Shown: positions 1 through 9,718, counted from the first letter of the stretch. The stretch is 38,322 bases of DNA from a virus (IMGVR_UViG_3300008255_000062:1-38322); one strand, 5' to 3'. Notes: generated from the letters alone by a model not told the origin. Translations and numbers: made by a program.

Positions 1-123
1 GCAGCGTGAGGACGAGGCAGCCAAGATTGCTGGATTTGATGGAGTAGAAGACCGGACCCGGGCAGAGGCCCAAGGCATTACAGATGCAAACGAGTGGGGC
101 GTTCAGAAGAAATACGACACAGA
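1..123. repeat. Terminal overlap, identical to 38200-38322 (circular assembly)
   Basis: GCAGCGTGAGGACGAGG...ATACGACACAGA occurs at both window ends, and an ORF is continuous across the join. Confidence 0.97.
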
Positions 124-1726
124 TAGATCCAACTATCTACGCAAGCAGAATGCAGTTGACAACGCACAGATTGAGCAGTTCCAACAGCAACTAAGGGCAA
201 ACGGGGTTCTTGACGAGGGCGTTGGTGCGGCGGCAATGGCAATCCTCCGTGGCAAGCAGGCTCAGGGCCGTGTGGATGCACTAAGCCAGATCACCATGCG
301 ACAGATGGATGAAGCCATCAAGAACAAGGACGCAACCGGGCAGGGGCTTATGGTTATGTTCCAAGGACTGCTCAACACTAATGACGTTGAGGCAGCGTGG
401 AACTTCGCAGAGACAAATTCCGACATAGCTCCAGGACTTGCAGCTATTACTCGTAGTGGAAAAGAGTCGTTTATGAAGAGCATGGACCCCATTGTTCGTC
501 AGATGAATGATGACATGACAAGCGCATTCAGAGACGAAACCGCTAGGATTCTAACGAACGATCCGGACATGAAGAACTTCAACGCCAACATTGACAGCGT
601 GTTGAACACACTTGGAAAGCGCTCTGACTTTGGGCAACTGGTTGATACGTTCACAAGTGACTTAGAATCTGGTCGCCTTGACGAAAGCCTTTCTGAGTTT
701 GGTATGAACAAGGCCGACATCATGGCACTCGTTGGCAACCCTGAGATTATGAAGGAGGTCTATGCTGAGTATCGTCTGCATGATGCGATGAAGGCGCAGC
801 AGAAAGAGCTATTCATTAACGATATTGCGAACATTATCAACGAAGACGTGATGGCTGGAAATATCAACGCATTCGATGCCCAAACTATCCGTGATGCGGT
901 AGAGATGGCTCCGTCTGTTCAAGACCTTAATCAGATGTTTGCCAACATTGGAGACACTGGAGCTGGGTCAGTTCTTGTTGAAGACTGGGCTGGCAATCCA
1001 TACACAGATGCTTCTTATGAAAGTCGTGGTTTTGTCACACGGAACATGGACCAGCTTTGGGCTGCCTACAAGCAGAAGAATCCAGATGACACAATGAACC
1101 GCCTTGACTTCCTCAAAAAGTATGGAGGAGAGGTTGTTCTTCATCAGTCTGTTTGGCAGAGCGGTGACGGAAACATTCAGGCCGTGTTTGATGTAGTTGA
1201 TAAGCCAGAGGTTGGTCAGGCTGGATCTGTAGGGAAGACCGATGCCGCTCAGACTCTAGACGCAATTGCTACAGGACCAGACCCAGTTGCAGCAATTCTT
1301 AACGCAACTCCATCTGCATTGGCAAGTATTGCAGAATCCAATAGGTCGGATCTTACTGCCAAAGGAATTGGCGTGATGCCAGTTGGCGGGACAATCAGCG
1401 TTGCTTATGATGATAGCGTTGGAACCATGAAGAACAATATAAGCAAACTATTTGGTAGCGTTCCGATTGTTGCGGATGTTGAAGGAAATACAGGCTCTGG
1501 GCAGGTAATTTCAAAGGGGCTTGGGACAAAGGGAGGAACTACTACTACTGGTTCATCTCTTGCTGGAGCTGGCGATGGAAACGGAACGGTAGTTATTTGG
1601 GACGGGGTTCCTTATAGAATTGTTCAGATTACTAGCAACATAAGCCATGGATCTAGAACAGAGTCTGCTGTGATTCTAAAGAACCTGACTAATGGAGCAA
1701 TCGTCCATTATGGGAGCACGAACTAA
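1..1726 (+). CDS. 3' part of putative ejection protein 1 (true start at 37685)
   Basis: Frame open from position 2 through ORF 236..1726; A/Q/G-rich helical composition; first of four coupled genes in the podovirus ejection-protein position. Confidence 0.75.
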   Translation, partial: QREDEAAKIAGFDGVEDRTRAEAQGITDANEWGVQKKYDTDRSNYLRKQNAVDNAQIEQFQQQLRANGVLDEGVGAAAMAILRGKQAQGRVDALSQITMRQMDEAIKNKDATGQGLMVMFQGLLNTNDVEAAWNFAETNSDIAPGLAAITRSGKESFMKSMDPIVRQMNDDMTSAFRDETARILTNDPDMKNFNANIDSVLNTLGKRSDFGQLVDTFTSDLESGRLDESLSEFGMNKADIMALVGNPEIMKEVYAEYRLHDAMKAQQKELFINDIANIINEDVMAGNINAFDAQTIRDAVEMAPSVQDLNQMFANIGDTGAGSVLVEDWAGNPYTDASYESRGFVTRNMDQLWAAYKQKNPDDTMNRLDFLKKYGGEVVLHQSVWQSGDGNIQAVFDVVDKPEVGQAGSVGKTDAAQTLDAIATGPDPVAAILNATPSALASIAESNRSDLTAKGIGVMPVGGTISVAYDDSVGTMKNNISKLFGSVPIVADVEGNTGSGQVISKGLGTKGGTTTTGSSLAGAGDGNGTVVIWDGVPYRIVQITSNISHGSRTESAVILKNLTNGAIVHYGSTN

Positions 1727-2292
1727 TGGATAGATCACAACAATACTTTACTGGTGGGTCAAATGGACCATCTCCAATTCAATTTGATGGAGGCAGGGCT
1801 GCGTTTGAAGCAAGTCCGAATCCAATTAGTCTAGTACAGCCATCCCAAAGCGTTACTGGAACACCTATTCCTAGAAACCCAACTCCAATTGTAGGTGGAT
1901 CGTTCATCGCTACGGGAGCAGGCCTTGGGTCTATGACTCCTCTTGGTCCAGGACTTGGAACCGTTGCTGGGGCAGGCGTAGGGCTGCTGATGGACGGAGC
2001 GTTACTTTGGTGGCAGAAGTCGGAACAAGACAAGGCCGCACGCAAACAACTTCGTGAGGCCCGTAGGCTGAACGCAATCCAAGCGGAGCAGGATAGAAAG
2101 GACAGGCTAGAGCAACGTAGGCAGTTTGAATTGAACTACGGACTACAGGCCGAGGGCCAGCAGTTCAACCAAGACCAAGTTTTGCGTTCAGAGCGTGTTG
2201 CCAAACTACAACGGCTGAAGCAATCTATTGTTGACCGCATTGCAACGAAAGCACAAATACAAGACAGGTTTGTCCAGAAGGGATATATCTAA
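1726..2292 (+). CDS. Putative small ejection/pilot protein
   Basis: Gly-rich hydrophobic segment GAGLGSMTPLGPGLGTVAGAGVG followed by a Q/R/E coiled coil; TAATG coupling at both ends. Confidence 0.6.
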   Translation: MDRSQQYFTGGSNGPSPIQFDGGRAAFEASPNPISLVQPSQSVTGTPIPRNPTPIVGGSFIATGAGLGSMTPLGPGLGTVAGAGVGLLMDGALLWWQKSEQDKAARKQLREARRLNAIQAEQDRKDRLEQRRQFELNYGLQAEGQQFNQDQVLRSERVAKLQRLKQSIVDRIATKAQIQDRFVQKGYI

Positions 2293-3689
2293 TGGCTGCT
2301 TACATTGATACCTCGTCCATGATGGGCGCAAGCAATCTATCCACGGCAGAACTACTAGGCAAACTTGGATCTGTTGCACAGGGCGGTCTTCATGCCGTTG
2401 GCAATGACCTAAAGATCAAGGCATTTGAGCAGGCACTAGACAGCGGTGCTGACACCTTGGTGCAGACTGCCAAGCAGATGGGCGTTGACAACCCAGAGCA
2501 GTTCAAGGCATACGGAACCGACAGACAGACTCTTGCCCTTGGATACCAAGCGCTGATGAAGAAAGTAGAATCCAAGAAACAGCAAGAAAGTCGCATGGCA
2601 GGAATTGGTGCTGCACTAGAGCCAGTGGTTGATGGGAAGACAGATATGTTTTCTGCTGGACTTGGGCCTATCTCTCCAGAGACAATGGACAGCATTGGAA
2701 TACCACAGAGCGGTGAGATTATTGAGACAAGAGAGTCTACATTCAATGATGCCATCAAGAAGCCAGAAGTACAGAAGCTTATTGCCTCTGGTGATATTGA
2801 TACTATTAAGTCTCTGTTCTCAGGGGAGGGTAAGCCACTTAATGCGTACCAAGAAGAACTCCTTAAAATTATGAAAGATCGTGAGGACAGACATGCAGAG
2901 GGAGAAGAAAGGAGAAAGACAAAGCAAGAACTAGATCGCAGAGGAGATATTCTAAAGATCCTGAAGCTTGATAAAAACACTCCAGACATTATGTCTTCTT
3001 TCAGGGGATTGTCAGAAGAGCTAGAGTCACAATATCCGGTTATCGCTAAGATTGATGCCGCATTGTCTAAGTCCGGAATAACTGCATCTACTATTCAGAA
3101 GGCAATTCCACAGTTGCTAATGAATTTGGCAGCAAAGAACAACGTTGTTATTTCTCCAGAAGACCGTAAGGCGCTAGTTGACATGGAAGCATCTAGGATG
3201 AGATTCCTTGCTGACTACATCAAGGACATATCCGGAGCACAAGCGTCAGATAGAGAAGTTGTAAGACTTACTGCTGGAGTTGCGGCGGGAGCATTCCATA
3301 CTATGGATGACTTCATGCGTCAGGCATCTCGTCTTCTCAACAAGAGGATACTCTCTCTTAGAGAAAGCGAGAGAGCTGCTGCGGGGAAAGACCCCTTGGG
3401 GTATAAAGAGTTTCTTGCAGATTACGGCAATCCACCATCTAAGATGATTGAGAGGTCGAGAGACAAGATTTTACAAACATTTAATCTTGATCCTCAGGAT
3501 ACCGCACTTTCTATTGAGTCGGAGGATCTTATAAATAAGGCAATTAGTGGAGGCAAGGCGCTTGGCTCTAAGATCGTAGATAAGGCTGGATCATTGATCG
3601 ATTATACTACTGCTCCAACCAGTCTTCCTGAACTTCCATCTCCAGATAGAACCATTATTAACGAGGACGATTTCTGGGGAGCACAGTAA
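2292..3689 (+). CDS. Putative ejection protein
   Basis: 465-aa helical ORF with an ISGAQASDREV segment resembling motifs in podovirus DNA-transfer proteins; TAATG-coupled. Confidence 0.6.
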   Translation: MAAYIDTSSMMGASNLSTAELLGKLGSVAQGGLHAVGNDLKIKAFEQALDSGADTLVQTAKQMGVDNPEQFKAYGTDRQTLALGYQALMKKVESKKQQESRMAGIGAALEPVVDGKTDMFSAGLGPISPETMDSIGIPQSGEIIETRESTFNDAIKKPEVQKLIASGDIDTIKSLFSGEGKPLNAYQEELLKIMKDREDRHAEGEERRKTKQELDRRGDILKILKLDKNTPDIMSSFRGLSEELESQYPVIAKIDAALSKSGITASTIQKAIPQLLMNLAAKNNVVISPEDRKALVDMEASRMRFLADYIKDISGAQASDREVVRLTAGVAAGAFHTMDDFMRQASRLLNKRILSLRESERAAAGKDPLGYKEFLADYGNPPSKMIERSRDKILQTFNLDPQDTALSIESEDLINKAISGGKALGSKIVDKAGSLIDYTTAPTSLPELPSPDRTIINEDDFWGAQ

Positions 3690-6600
3690 TGAGGAAATTT
3701 CTAGTTGACATCGAGCGTGGAGTATCTCTTGAGATAACTCCCAAAAACAAGGCCCGGGCAAAAGCAGAGTATGATAAAAACCCAAGCAAATATCGCCTAG
3801 AGGAAGAGCGGGACGAACCAACTCCAACCACGACAGAATCTGTCGCACCTAAAGCAGTTGCTTTACGTCCTGCACTGGTTGAGGTTGCACCAGTTGATGC
3901 TCTCACTCCAGAGCAGAGACAGATTCAGGCAATGGAGTCTGGGACAAAGACTCTATATGATGAGGCAGCACCGAACCAAATTGCACAGGAGCCAGCAAGG
4001 ACTAAGTCTCCTTGGACAAGTACAGAAGCTGATACCGCATCTGAGCAGACCGCTGCGCTGGGACGCATACAAGAGTCACAGAAGCAAGATAAGGCTGTTG
4101 GCGTGTTGTATGGTTCCGCAAGAAAAGAAGATGCTGAAGCACGCAGGCAGGCCATCCTTAGCGATATGGAGACCAAGATAGGATTTGAGCCTACACCAGA
4201 TCTGTTCAAAGCAAAGATGATTGAGTTCTCCAATCTTGAGCAAAAGAAGAGATCAAGTCCATCTGCTGAAACAAACAAGCTATTCATCAAGGCAAAGAAA
4301 GACATTGATGTTATGAAGGCATACTTCGATGTGAAGTCTGCAAAGTATAACGAAGAGCTAGGAGATATTGACCCAACTTCTGCTGACGCAAAGGGAATAG
4401 TCAGGAGATCACGCAGACGGGAGGCACTAGATGCCAATAAGAACGCAACTTCCGGAGAGATCTTATTTCCAGAACTTGCGGCTGTTGTATCTAGAAACCC
4501 AGAGTGGTATCAGAACATTGGAGAAAAGGCGTGGTCTGTAGTTGAAGATGCCACAAATATTCCAGGCAATATTATCATCGCAGCAATTGAGGCAGGAGCA
4601 AATGGCAATGTAAGCGATTTCTTTAAGAGCATGGCGCTACGTGGCGTAGACAGGGGTGGAGCAGAAAAGATTCTTCAGGCTGTTGCTGATCCAGTGCTTG
4701 GAGCAGGAATGAAGGCATCACGGCTAAAGAAAACCACTGGTCCGCTATCTGGCCCAGTTAAGGCAGAAAGCGGAATACTTGCCAGCACAATAAAGAGCAT
4801 AGACGAATACGCATTTGGCGTTGGGAAGTCAGACGTTCTAATGGAAGAGCTAAAGCTGCAAGAGGCTGCGTTTGAGAGGATGCTTCGGATGCGTGCTGGA
4901 CGTGGATCAAACAGAGCAAAGGCGCTAATTAAAAAATACAAGTTTGACAAGGCTGCTCGTTCTGGAGCAGAGACGGCTCTAAGGCAGACCCCTTACACAA
5001 TAAAAGAAATCGGGTTTGCCCTTTCAAATGACGAGGAGGAAGACAAGGGTCTAACGGCAATTCTTGAGCTTTCCGCTCTAGGTGCAGGAGCCGCTATTGG
5101 CGGGTTGATGAAGTATCGTTCAGTAGCAAAAGAGCCAGCCGCCGCTATAAAGTCTGGCACTCCAACAAACATCAAGGTTGTAGAGAACGAGTTTCGGAAA
5201 GGTCTTGACGCTATAGACAGGGCAGTCACCAACAACTATGAAGAACTTTCTGCATTGCTTACTGGAAAGAACATTGAAGTATCTGATGTCTTTGTCGCAA
5301 TACAAAACAAAATATCAGAACTTGAGGCTCTTGGCACGCAGCCAACAACAGTTAATGCGCTAAAGAAACAACTTAGCAACCTAAAGTCAAAGGCCATAAA
5401 TACTCAAGAGGTAGAAGTTCTTGCCGGTAAACCAGACATAGGGCCAGCAGAGGTTAAGCGTGTTGGACTTGACCAGATAAAGAGATCCAAAGATATTGAG
5501 TCGGCTGCTATTGCAGAGAAGAATATTGCCGCTCAAGCAGCCAGTGAGAAACTTGCAAAGACTACTGATCAGGCGGCAGAAACCGCAAAGCAGGTTGACG
5601 AACTATATCAGGGTCAGTTATTGGCTGCTGAAGAGAAGGCTGCTGATGCACAACCAAAACAAATTATAGACCCGTCTACAGGGATTCCAATGAAGTGGAG
5701 TAAATCACAGATTGAAGCTGCTGATGCCGAAACAGCTAGGATAATTAGGGAAACTTCATCAGAAGTTTCTACTGCACAAAAGGCAATGGAGAGTTCTGCA
5801 TCTAGATCAAAAGCAGAGATTGATGCTGTTGCACAGCGCCTTGCAAATATTGAGGAAACCGAAATTCCAAAGATCTTCAATGTTATTGATGGAACCATTA
5901 ACTCGGACATACCAGCACTAGAACTAAAGGCTCTATCAGAAGCGTTCGGAAAACTTGGAAACTTCGCAAAGAACGTAGAGAAAACTCCTCAGATGGCAGA
6001 GGCATATGAGTTCTTGTGGAAGGCGGTTAGAAATAAGTTGAAGGATATGGCTCCAGCAGATAGGGCTAGGTTCAACGGGATCATGCAAGAACAAAAAAAG
6101 TTCCTAGACGCAAGACGGGCCGTTGAAACTAACCTTCGTGGAGAAAAGGTATTTGAGGACATAAAGCTTGAGGGGCTTCTCAGGAAGTGGCAGAAGGTTG
6201 CAATGGACCCTCGTACTGGTGGAGAGTTCTTGCGTGTAATAGGAGAGACGCAGAAAACACTATACGAGGCAGCAAAGAAGAATCTTGAGAAGCAACTTGC
6301 AGATACTAAGGCTAGGGCAACTTTGGGAGAAAATGCGATCTCGTCAAAGAACAAGGCTTTCAGGATAAAGGTTATAGAGGATCGAATTTCTGCTCTAAAC
6401 GCATCCAACATACAAAAGAGTCTTGAGGCTCAGAAAGTTCTAGAGGACGCAATAAAGAAGATTGATCCTTCTATATCTGATGCAGTTCTTGAGTTTTCTA
6501 CCGCTAAGATAATTTCATCTATTTACGGAAAGGCCAAAGGGTCTATCCCTCTGTTTAATGAGATTTCATCAATTGCTGGCACTGCAATGCCAAAGGTTCC

Positions 6601-7336
6601 TACTAATGAGTTTGTGCAGCAGATGGCAACGATTCTTTCTGACGAAGAAAAGAAAAGAAAGTTCTTTAGTTTATTTACGGAAGCTGGTTCTGCGCCAGAT
6701 CAAGAAGTAAAAAAAAAGCCCAGTGATGGAGGCTTTGGAAGTGCGGTAGCTGGAGTTCTTAAGAGAGAAGGCAGTGCTCTTTCTCTAGCTAAGAGCGACA
6801 GAGGTAACTATAACTCAGACAAAGAGCTTGTCGGTTCTAAGTATGGGGTTACTCCCAATACATATGAGCAGTTTCTTGGAAGGGTTCCTACCAAAGAAGA
6901 TATGTCCTCTATCACAGAGGAAATGGCAATAGAGATCTACAAGAAGAACTATTGGTCACGCTCTCTTGAATCGATGAGCGAAAACAAGGTTGCAGAGTTG
7001 CTGTTTGACACGCGCGTTCAGCTTGGAACTGGTGGAAGCAATGAAGAGATCATTAAGGCAATGAAGTCGGCAGGAATTAAGGTAACAGGAAATTTTGATG
7101 CTAATGTGATGGCTATTAGCGCAGCCATATCTGACCAAGAGAAAGCCAAGGCTTTTGTAGCTGCTCTTGAAGAGAACCGCATTGCCAGGGCAATAAAGAA
7201 AACTCCAAGCGATCTTCTTGACGGAGTTAAGAATAGAATACGAGATATAGCTTCTGAGGCACTTACTGAATTAGCTCAGGGTGCAGTCAAACAAGTAGTA
7301 GATGAGAATATTCCCAAGAATCTTCAATCGAAGTAA
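3689..7336 (+). CDS. Large ejection protein with C-terminal GH108 muramidase domain
   Basis: 1215 aa, coiled-coil rich; C-terminal VLKREG...DRGN...SKYGVT...EDMSSITEEMAIEIYKKNYW...LLFDTRVQLG fits the Glyco_hydro_108 pattern. Confidence 0.75.
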   Translation: MRKFLVDIERGVSLEITPKNKARAKAEYDKNPSKYRLEEERDEPTPTTTESVAPKAVALRPALVEVAPVDALTPEQRQIQAMESGTKTLYDEAAPNQIAQEPARTKSPWTSTEADTASEQTAALGRIQESQKQDKAVGVLYGSARKEDAEARRQAILSDMETKIGFEPTPDLFKAKMIEFSNLEQKKRSSPSAETNKLFIKAKKDIDVMKAYFDVKSAKYNEELGDIDPTSADAKGIVRRSRRREALDANKNATSGEILFPELAAVVSRNPEWYQNIGEKAWSVVEDATNIPGNIIIAAIEAGANGNVSDFFKSMALRGVDRGGAEKILQAVADPVLGAGMKASRLKKTTGPLSGPVKAESGILASTIKSIDEYAFGVGKSDVLMEELKLQEAAFERMLRMRAGRGSNRAKALIKKYKFDKAARSGAETALRQTPYTIKEIGFALSNDEEEDKGLTAILELSALGAGAAIGGLMKYRSVAKEPAAAIKSGTPTNIKVVENEFRKGLDAIDRAVTNNYEELSALLTGKNIEVSDVFVAIQNKISELEALGTQPTTVNALKKQLSNLKSKAINTQEVEVLAGKPDIGPAEVKRVGLDQIKRSKDIESAAIAEKNIAAQAASEKLAKTTDQAAETAKQVDELYQGQLLAAEEKAADAQPKQIIDPSTGIPMKWSKSQIEAADAETARIIRETSSEVSTAQKAMESSASRSKAEIDAVAQRLANIEETEIPKIFNVIDGTINSDIPALELKALSEAFGKLGNFAKNVEKTPQMAEAYEFLWKAVRNKLKDMAPADRARFNGIMQEQKKFLDARRAVETNLRGEKVFEDIKLEGLLRKWQKVAMDPRTGGEFLRVIGETQKTLYEAAKKNLEKQLADTKARATLGENAISSKNKAFRIKVIEDRISALNASNIQKSLEAQKVLEDAIKKIDPSISDAVLEFSTAKIISSIYGKAKGSIPLFNEISSIAGTAMPKVPTNEFVQQMATILSDEEKKRKFFSLFTEAGSAPDQEVKKKPSDGGFGSAVAGVLKREGSALSLAKSDRGNYNSDKELVGSKYGVTPNTYEQFLGRVPTKEDMSSITEEMAIEIYKKNYWSRSLESMSENKVAELLFDTRVQLGTGGSNEEIIKAMKSAGIKVTGNFDANVMAISAAISDQEKAKAFVAALEENRIARAIKKTPSDLLDGVKNRIRDIASEALTELAQGAVKQVVDENIPKNLQSK

Positions 7337-7694
7337 TCAAAATGGACACCCCAGGATTCCTATTGTCAATGCGTGACTCTAGGATAATGGGGTTGCAAAC
7401 TTGCCAGCAGTCGTCAGTAATGATGTCAGTGTGCTGGAGCATATCCATGAGAGACTTCATCTGGTTGTCCATGTCTCTTCTTCGGTTGGAGTCTTGATAG
7501 AAGCGGATGTGAAGCGCACACCTAGAGAATGCTTCTTCCTTGTATTTCATCTTGTTGTCTAGCTGGTATTGGCACTGCACTCCCCAGTCCTTATATCTCT
7601 TAGACATGAAGAATGTTCCGTTACGCATCTTCTTGCGCTCTGTCTGGTATGATGGTACTTGCCCGAAGAATCTGAACTCTGCTTTTCTAGACAT
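7287..7694 (-). CDS. rusA: RusA-like Holliday junction resolvase
   Basis: RRDMDNQMKSLMDML...ITDDCWQV matches the RusA D-x-D-N-x-x-K / DD motifs; ends ...RIDNRNPGVSILI. Confidence 0.85.
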   Translation of the reverse strand: MSRKAEFRFFGQVPSYQTERKKMRNGTFFMSKRYKDWGVQCQYQLDNKMKYKEEAFSRCALHIRFYQDSNRRRDMDNQMKSLMDMLQHTDIITDDCWQVCNPIILESRIDNRNPGVSILITSIEDSWEYSHLLLV

Positions 7695-7740
7695 CGAATT
7701 AAACCACCTTATCCTTTTAGATTTATCGGCACTGGTGGCA

Positions 7741-7767
7741 GGTGCACATATATTCTAGTTAGCATTA
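7741..7767 (+). other. attI-like recombination site A
   Basis: GGTGCACATATATTCTA|GTTAGCATTA; near-identical copies at 13234 and 17508; marks the abrupt switch to AT-rich DNA. Confidence 0.65.
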
Positions 7768-7804
7768 ATATTTTTAATAATTTTTGCCTACGCACGTTGT
7801 TTTT

Positions 7805-8437
7805 TCAAAACAATTCAGTTTGCACCTGTGGTTTATTATTAATGATTCCTAATGCTGTTTCAAGTATAGTTTTTCCAGCTTCAAAGTCTACTAAATTACG
7901 TGCAATCTTATCTTTTCCTTGCTCTCCTTTGTAACTTCTTAAATCTATTTCGTGAAATTCACACCATTTGTCAACCTCCTTTTCACTTTCCATAAAATTA
8001 GATTTTCTATTGCTTAATATATTTGGTAAATTAAAGTTAGTCCAGTATAAATGTCTACCCCTTTTCTTTGCAGGTATTAACGGCTCATAAAATGGTATCA
8101 CATTCTCAACACAATATTTACCATTAAAATAGTGTTGTAAAAATAAAATTTCTTGATATAATCTCATATCGGGGTATTCAGTTGTTGTTGATTCGTGCCT
8201 TGCAAAACGTGCCTTACTATGTGTTGGGCAAGGTGGCGAAGTCCATATAAAATCAAATTCTTTGTAATGGTCTAATAAATATTGGTGTGCATCAGCAACT
8301 ATAACCGTATCATTTGAAAATCTTTCTTTATACATTCGTGCAAGTTCTTCATCTAATTCTACTGCTGTAATTTCGTGGTCATTACCTCATTTATAACGGT
8401 TGCCACCCAAACAAGCATATAAGTTTAATATCTTCAT
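7805..8437 (-). pseudogene. C5 cytosine DNA methyltransferase with an in-frame TGA at codon 17
   Basis: ATG 8437 gives MKILNLYACLGGNRYK*GNDHEITAVELD (motifs I/II), in frame with ORF 7805..8335, which has IWTSPPCPTHS (motif IV) and VENV (motif VI); TGA at 8387-8389. Confidence 0.85.
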
Positions 8438-8493
8438 AGTTTTCTAATTAATAAATACAAATACCCTCCCTAAAAAATTAAAAAATACATAAT

Positions 8494-8552
8494 GCTAACA
8501 AAGTATATATTTCAGTTGAGTACAACCGAAAATATATACTCGGCACGTTAGC
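8494..8552 (+). other. attC-like site A (59 bp)
   Basis: GCTAAC-AA-AGTATATATTTCAGTTG-AGTA-CAACCGAAAATATATACT-CGGCAC-GTTAGC: imperfect palindrome with inverted cores, asymmetric spacer and one extra base. Confidence 0.8.
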
Positions 8553-9228
8553 GTTGTTTGTCTTCCCATGCTTTGTGAGCCTTCATAATGGACTCCACTA
8601 GAATTTTTGGAATAGTGCCATATTTCTTTTTGAGTTCTGCTTTGATTTTAGAGAAATCCTCCGTGCTATCGAACGCAGAACACCGCTCGTCTAGCAAGAT
8701 CGCCTCTTTCTCAAGATCTTCTATTCCTCGGTTTTTCTGTTCCTGCAAAGGGTCTTTTGCGTCATCGGTGATATGCAGGTCGCCTTTATGCCAGAGTTCT
8801 AAAGCAGCACCGAAGCGCATAGCCGCATTGCGTAACGCATCACCTATTACCTCTTTTTCCCTGGAGCCTACCTCTTTGTATTGAGACTCTTCAGCATTTC
8901 CGTAGCCTAGCCTAGTGATCCCGCAGACCGTGAGCTTGATCCACAAGCCACCCGAAGCGTCAAAAAGAGGCAGGCCGTCAGGCCCAAAAGCAAGAGGCTC
9001 CCACGACCACATAGGATCTACATCCAGCAGGCGGTCTGTGAGTGCAGCATGGCCTACAAAGTCAAGATGGACCAGCTTGGGGTGATGCCAGCCTCCGCAT
9101 ACCGAGCAGTTTTTTTTCTCAGTAGCAGGACACTGCATCTGCGCCTTGCTTCCCTTGGCGAGTTTGCCAATCTGGTGCGCTGGGAAGGAATCTCTCATGA
9201 GCTGGACTCTGAGTTCGTTGTCGATCAT
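8548..9228 (-). CDS. Rad52/Sak-like single-strand annealing protein
   Basis: LDFVGHAALTDRLLDVDPMWSWEP...LTVCGITRLGYG...KEVIGDALRNAAMRFGAALELW; CxxC insert near the N-terminus. Confidence 0.75.
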   Translation of the reverse strand: MIDNELRVQLMRDSFPAHQIGKLAKGSKAQMQCPATEKKNCSVCGGWHHPKLVHLDFVGHAALTDRLLDVDPMWSWEPLAFGPDGLPLFDASGGLWIKLTVCGITRLGYGNAEESQYKEVGSREKEVIGDALRNAAMRFGAALELWHKGDLHITDDAKDPLQEQKNRGIEDLEKEAILLDERCSAFDSTEDFSKIKAELKKKYGTIPKILVESIMKAHKAWEDKQR

Positions 9229-9455
9229 TGCACTACTTCTCCCTCAAGAATTGTATGGCACTCCTCTCCTACGTCTGCTTCTTGCTTCAGGGCTGCAAGT
9301 TCTTTCTTAAGAAGATCATTTTGCTGGACATAGTACATTATGGAATTTCGCACACCATCGCCACACTCTCTGATATAGTCTTGGGAGCATGAGACAAACT
9401 CCTCTGCATGATCGAATCCGATTGCCGACACGAATGTCATAAACCTTTGCTTCAT
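9225..9455 (-). CDS. Hypothetical protein
   Basis: Likely start MKQRFMTF at 9455; ATGA overlap with the next gene. Confidence 0.55.
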   Translation of the reverse strand: MKQRFMTFVSAIGFDHAEEFVSCSQDYIRECGDGVRNSIMYYVQQNDLLKKELAALKQEADVGEECHTILEGEVVQ

Positions 9456-9468
9456 CGTGTTGCGTCTT

Positions 9469-9681
9469 TTACCCTTCATCGGTGTCTCCCATAGTCCAGT
9501 GTGCGGACCAGTTTGTTTTGTTCTTCTCACCATCGTAGTTAACTTCAATAGACATATAGTTCTGTCCACACTCTGGGCATCTATTGCGTCTGTATGTAGC
9601 TTCATCAGCAGGCACGAAGTTCGTCTGAACTACCAACCGGTGAACCATGGTGCTACAATATGGGCAATAGCCTTTGCTCAT
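9469..9681 (-). CDS. Zinc-ribbon protein (similar to the NrdR N-terminus)
   Basis: MSKGYCPYC...YRRNRCPECGQNYMSIE resembles CPxC...RRRxCxxC...TxE. Confidence 0.6.
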   Translation of the reverse strand: MSKGYCPYCSTMVHRLVVQTNFVPADEATYRRNRCPECGQNYMSIEVNYDGEKNKTNWSAHWTMGDTDEG

Positions 9682-9718
9682 TAGTAGCCACCGCAATTCT
9701 TGTTGAAAGAAAACGACA

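Larger units (their letters stand above)
7758..8552 (+). mobile_element. Integron-like gene cassette A (gene inverted relative to the inferred attC top strand)
   Basis: Starts GTTAGCATTA (7758-7767); its exact complement TAATGCTAAC (8490-8499) opens an attC-like hairpin; single AT-rich gene inside. Confidence 0.75.

Noticed and set aside
1-123. Biological direct terminal repeat
   Set aside because: It lies inside a coding sequence and looks like an assembler overlap.
2390-6411. Long antisense ORFs in the ORF track (also 10353..10937, 13618..14112, 17566..18075 and similar)
   Set aside because: Shadows of real genes on the opposite strand, with no RBS or motifs.
8387-8389. Genome-wide TGA recoding
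   Set aside because: Many genes end in TGA, often with ATGA coupling, and Trp is encoded by TGG elsewhere in the same gene.
8494-8552. Hairpins A and B as simple terminators
   Set aside because: AT-rich or mismatched stems without a proper U-tract, and a terminator would not explain the 10-nt complementarity to the distant cassette starts.
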